A stretch of 8,765 nt of DNA, from the NCBI GenBank assembly GCA_043228905.1, contig JBHGNT010001418.1, positions 1 through 8,765 on the forward strand, given 5' to 3'. The position numbers and the translations under genes are program-made. Source of the DNA: Azolla caroliniana. Lineage: Eukaryota; Plantae; Polypodiophyta. A model generated the notes under the pieces. The model saw only the letters and a program-made list of their open reading frames with translations, had not been told where the DNA came from and ran no database searches. Below are positions 6,370 through 8,765 of this stretch, one piece after another (position 1 is the stretch's first letter; each line of letters begins with the position of its first letter).

Positions 6370-7722
6370 GTTTCACATACACACACGTATTTTCACGACA
6401 ATGCATCATGATAACTATCACACAAAGAATGTTGTAATAATGTGAAAACTACAATACATATCATCCCACTCCATAGATGATGAATTCCACAAATCATGAT
6501 GCACAAACTAGGACTTGACCTATCAATATTCTCTATATATTGTTCCCCAAGTCTGATGTAACATGGCTGGTTGTGCATGACTTCACAATCCAAATGTAAT
6601 TACCCTTGTATTCTAGTCCATTGACAACATAAAATATAAGGGCAAGGAGGAACAACATGATTTGGAATTGTATTAGAAGCAAAAGGTTCAATAAACTAAA
6701 ATATGGGACATGATGAAGGTACATATGTGAAGTGAGATGTGTACAAAATGTAACACCATTGACTAGGCTAGAGATCATAAATGGACCACGGTGTTGGTAA
6801 TCTAACTTATCTCATGGTTTGCTAGTTTTCACATTACGTTTATTTACTATATTTCCCTCCAACTTGAAACTTGGGTTTTGCATATGAAGAATAGACACGG
6901 TTATGATTTACAACTAACTTTTGGAGTGAATTGAGCATAGGGGAATGGGAGAAAGCTAGACTCGCAACTGCTTGAGTCCAATTTGATGTTCCTTAGTAAT
7001 AGGATTCTTAAAGTCTTATGATTACTCAAGCATTATATTGTGAGAATCAAGATCTATGTTTGTGAAGAATGAAGTATGACTCATAGAAGTATGTATTGAA
7101 TCATTGTAAGGAAAGTTAAACCAATCATCCAATTGGTAGGTAGGTAACAATTTGACACTTACTTTGTATGGCATTGCTTGGTTTGGCAAATGATTTTGAG
7201 ATGTTTTCTAGCCCACAATCACAGATAATGTTATTGGGAGAAACATACTACTTAGAAACTCTTAAGTAGCTTGAGCAAAGGCGTAAAAAAATCAAGATGT
7301 CATCTTGACTACACTCATCGATAAGGTCACCAAGAGAATCATGATGCTTAAATACATCTTATATAACAAGATTTATTGTATCTTTGTTATTCTTGATGCA
7401 TGCAAGAAAACATGTCATCTTAGTGAAATAACATAAAAAACTTTGAAAATAGGAGTTTTAAATCCAAAGGAGTAGATTTTCTTAGTTCCTTTACAACTGA
7501 GAATGGCGACAACCACCCATGCATGTGACGTCTAGGCATCTTAGACAAACTACATATATAGCAAATGCAAACTTAGTCCTCAATAAATGTGTTGATTATC
7601 ATTGACACATAGTAGATTTAGTGTTTATTTAACATTGTATAATCACTTATCATTTGCTTAATACACTATATTTGCTAATCTCGTGTATTCTCCGTCTTCC
7701 TCTTCCACTCCTTCTCCCTCTC

Positions 7723-7725
<3 letters not shown>

Positions 7726-7781
<56 letters not shown>
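7726..7781. repeat. (TC)28 microsatellite preceded by a pyrimidine-rich stretch
   Basis: Perfect dinucleotide run; no LINE 3' end upstream. Confidence 0.98.
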
Positions 7782-7784
<3 letters not shown>

Positions 7785-8765
7785 ATACTCACATAAGCTA
7801 CTTACCTTTGTTGCATAAACATGTTTGCTTTACAAAACTTATACCTTAGTCATTTACGTTCTTACAATCATGCTTATGTAGCATAAAATAGGTTCAATTG
7901 TCGATATCATGGTAAAATATCATCGTCGCTTAAAGAATTATGCCTCAAATTATTAACTAATAGATACAACTTACCCACCTACTTAATGAAAATTATACAA
8001 TATAATTCATTGAATAAACACTAACCAATTTTGTTTTCACAACTCGTATAATGATTACACAAAAATACAAGAATTAACTCCAATATCATATTCAAACTAG
8101 TATTTTCAACCATCCTTATATCGATGTAAAACCATTAAGATTTGCATAAGGGTACTTCATGAGAGATACATTTCTTCTATTATGTTATTCCTTATTTGGA
8201 ATTTGAACATCCTAGCTTATGAAGTTCTAATGTGTGGATATGTTCGTTTGAGTCTAAGTTAGATTCTCACTACAGTAATATGCACTTATTTATAGCTACT
8301 AACTTGATTTGTCACTACTATATTTCCACTTGTCACTAAAGTAGAGTTGCCATTCTATCCAATGTTGTGATGTGTCAACACTATGCTAATGATAATAGAA
8401 ATATTTGTTTTCAACATTGTGCATTTTTTATCAAACATGTTTACGTGCATCCTCTTATTTTGGAATAATATTTAACACCCCCATGGAGCAAGAAATTTTG
8501 AATGATGGAAACGCAACTTTAACAAGTACATGCAAATTCAGAGGGTTTCCATGTAATCCGCAATTTGACTTCTATTTCGGGTTTGTTCACCCATTCTACT
8601 TCACAATGTATGAAAAAGAAAGATAATAACTGGAATTCATATTACATTTAAGTCATGATGAAACAAGCATATCACCTATGGGATTTTCAAAGTGATCAAA
8701 TGAACTCTTATGTTCATAGGCACATAATTTGCATTATAGTTAGGACGGTTAGTTTCCATCTCCCC

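Noticed and set aside
7008-7025. LKSYDY resembling the CACTA Tnp2 LKSHDY motif
   Set aside because: The flanking translation does not follow the Tnp2 pattern; a six-residue resemblance is expected by chance.
7292-7308. Palindrome TCAAGATG-T-CATCTTGA
   Set aside because: It is isolated and single-copy; one such 8-bp inverted repeat is plausible by chance in AT-rich DNA.
6370-8765. Short ORFs (6393-6593, 6533-6778, 8405-8626) or a decayed gene in the AT-rich right end
   Set aside because: No recognisable motif in the frames I examined by hand (not exhaustive); a BLASTx or RepeatMasker search is needed to exclude an old transposon remnant.

Overview
Eukaryotic, almost certainly plant, transposon-rich DNA; the families seen resemble those of seed-free plants such as mosses and ferns, but that is inference. 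No intact cellular gene, RNA gene or CRISPR array is supportable. Read by hand, the window is a nest of decayed elements. (1) The 3' part of an LTR (1-402, ending ACGACA). (2) The internal region of a non-chromovirus Ty3/gypsy element: the integrase GPY/F C-terminus (404-808, missed by the ORF track), then a disrupted same-strand accessory ORF of more than 800 codons (955-3404). (3) A complete LTR, TGTCGT...ACGACA (3405-4291), related to the first and lacking a TSD. (4) A probable third LTR remnant interrupted by a 5'-truncated LINE flanked by (TC)n. (5) An RT-core fragment abutting a second copy of that LINE's 3' end, with an (ATCT)n tail. (6) A small CACTA-like element (5952-6369). (7) About 2.4 kb of AT-rich sequence I cannot interpret. 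The best leads are the large accessory ORF, the shared LTR architecture (TATA decamer in hairpins with different stems, plus a ~70-bp repeat with a palindromic core), and the LINE whose tail differs between copies.
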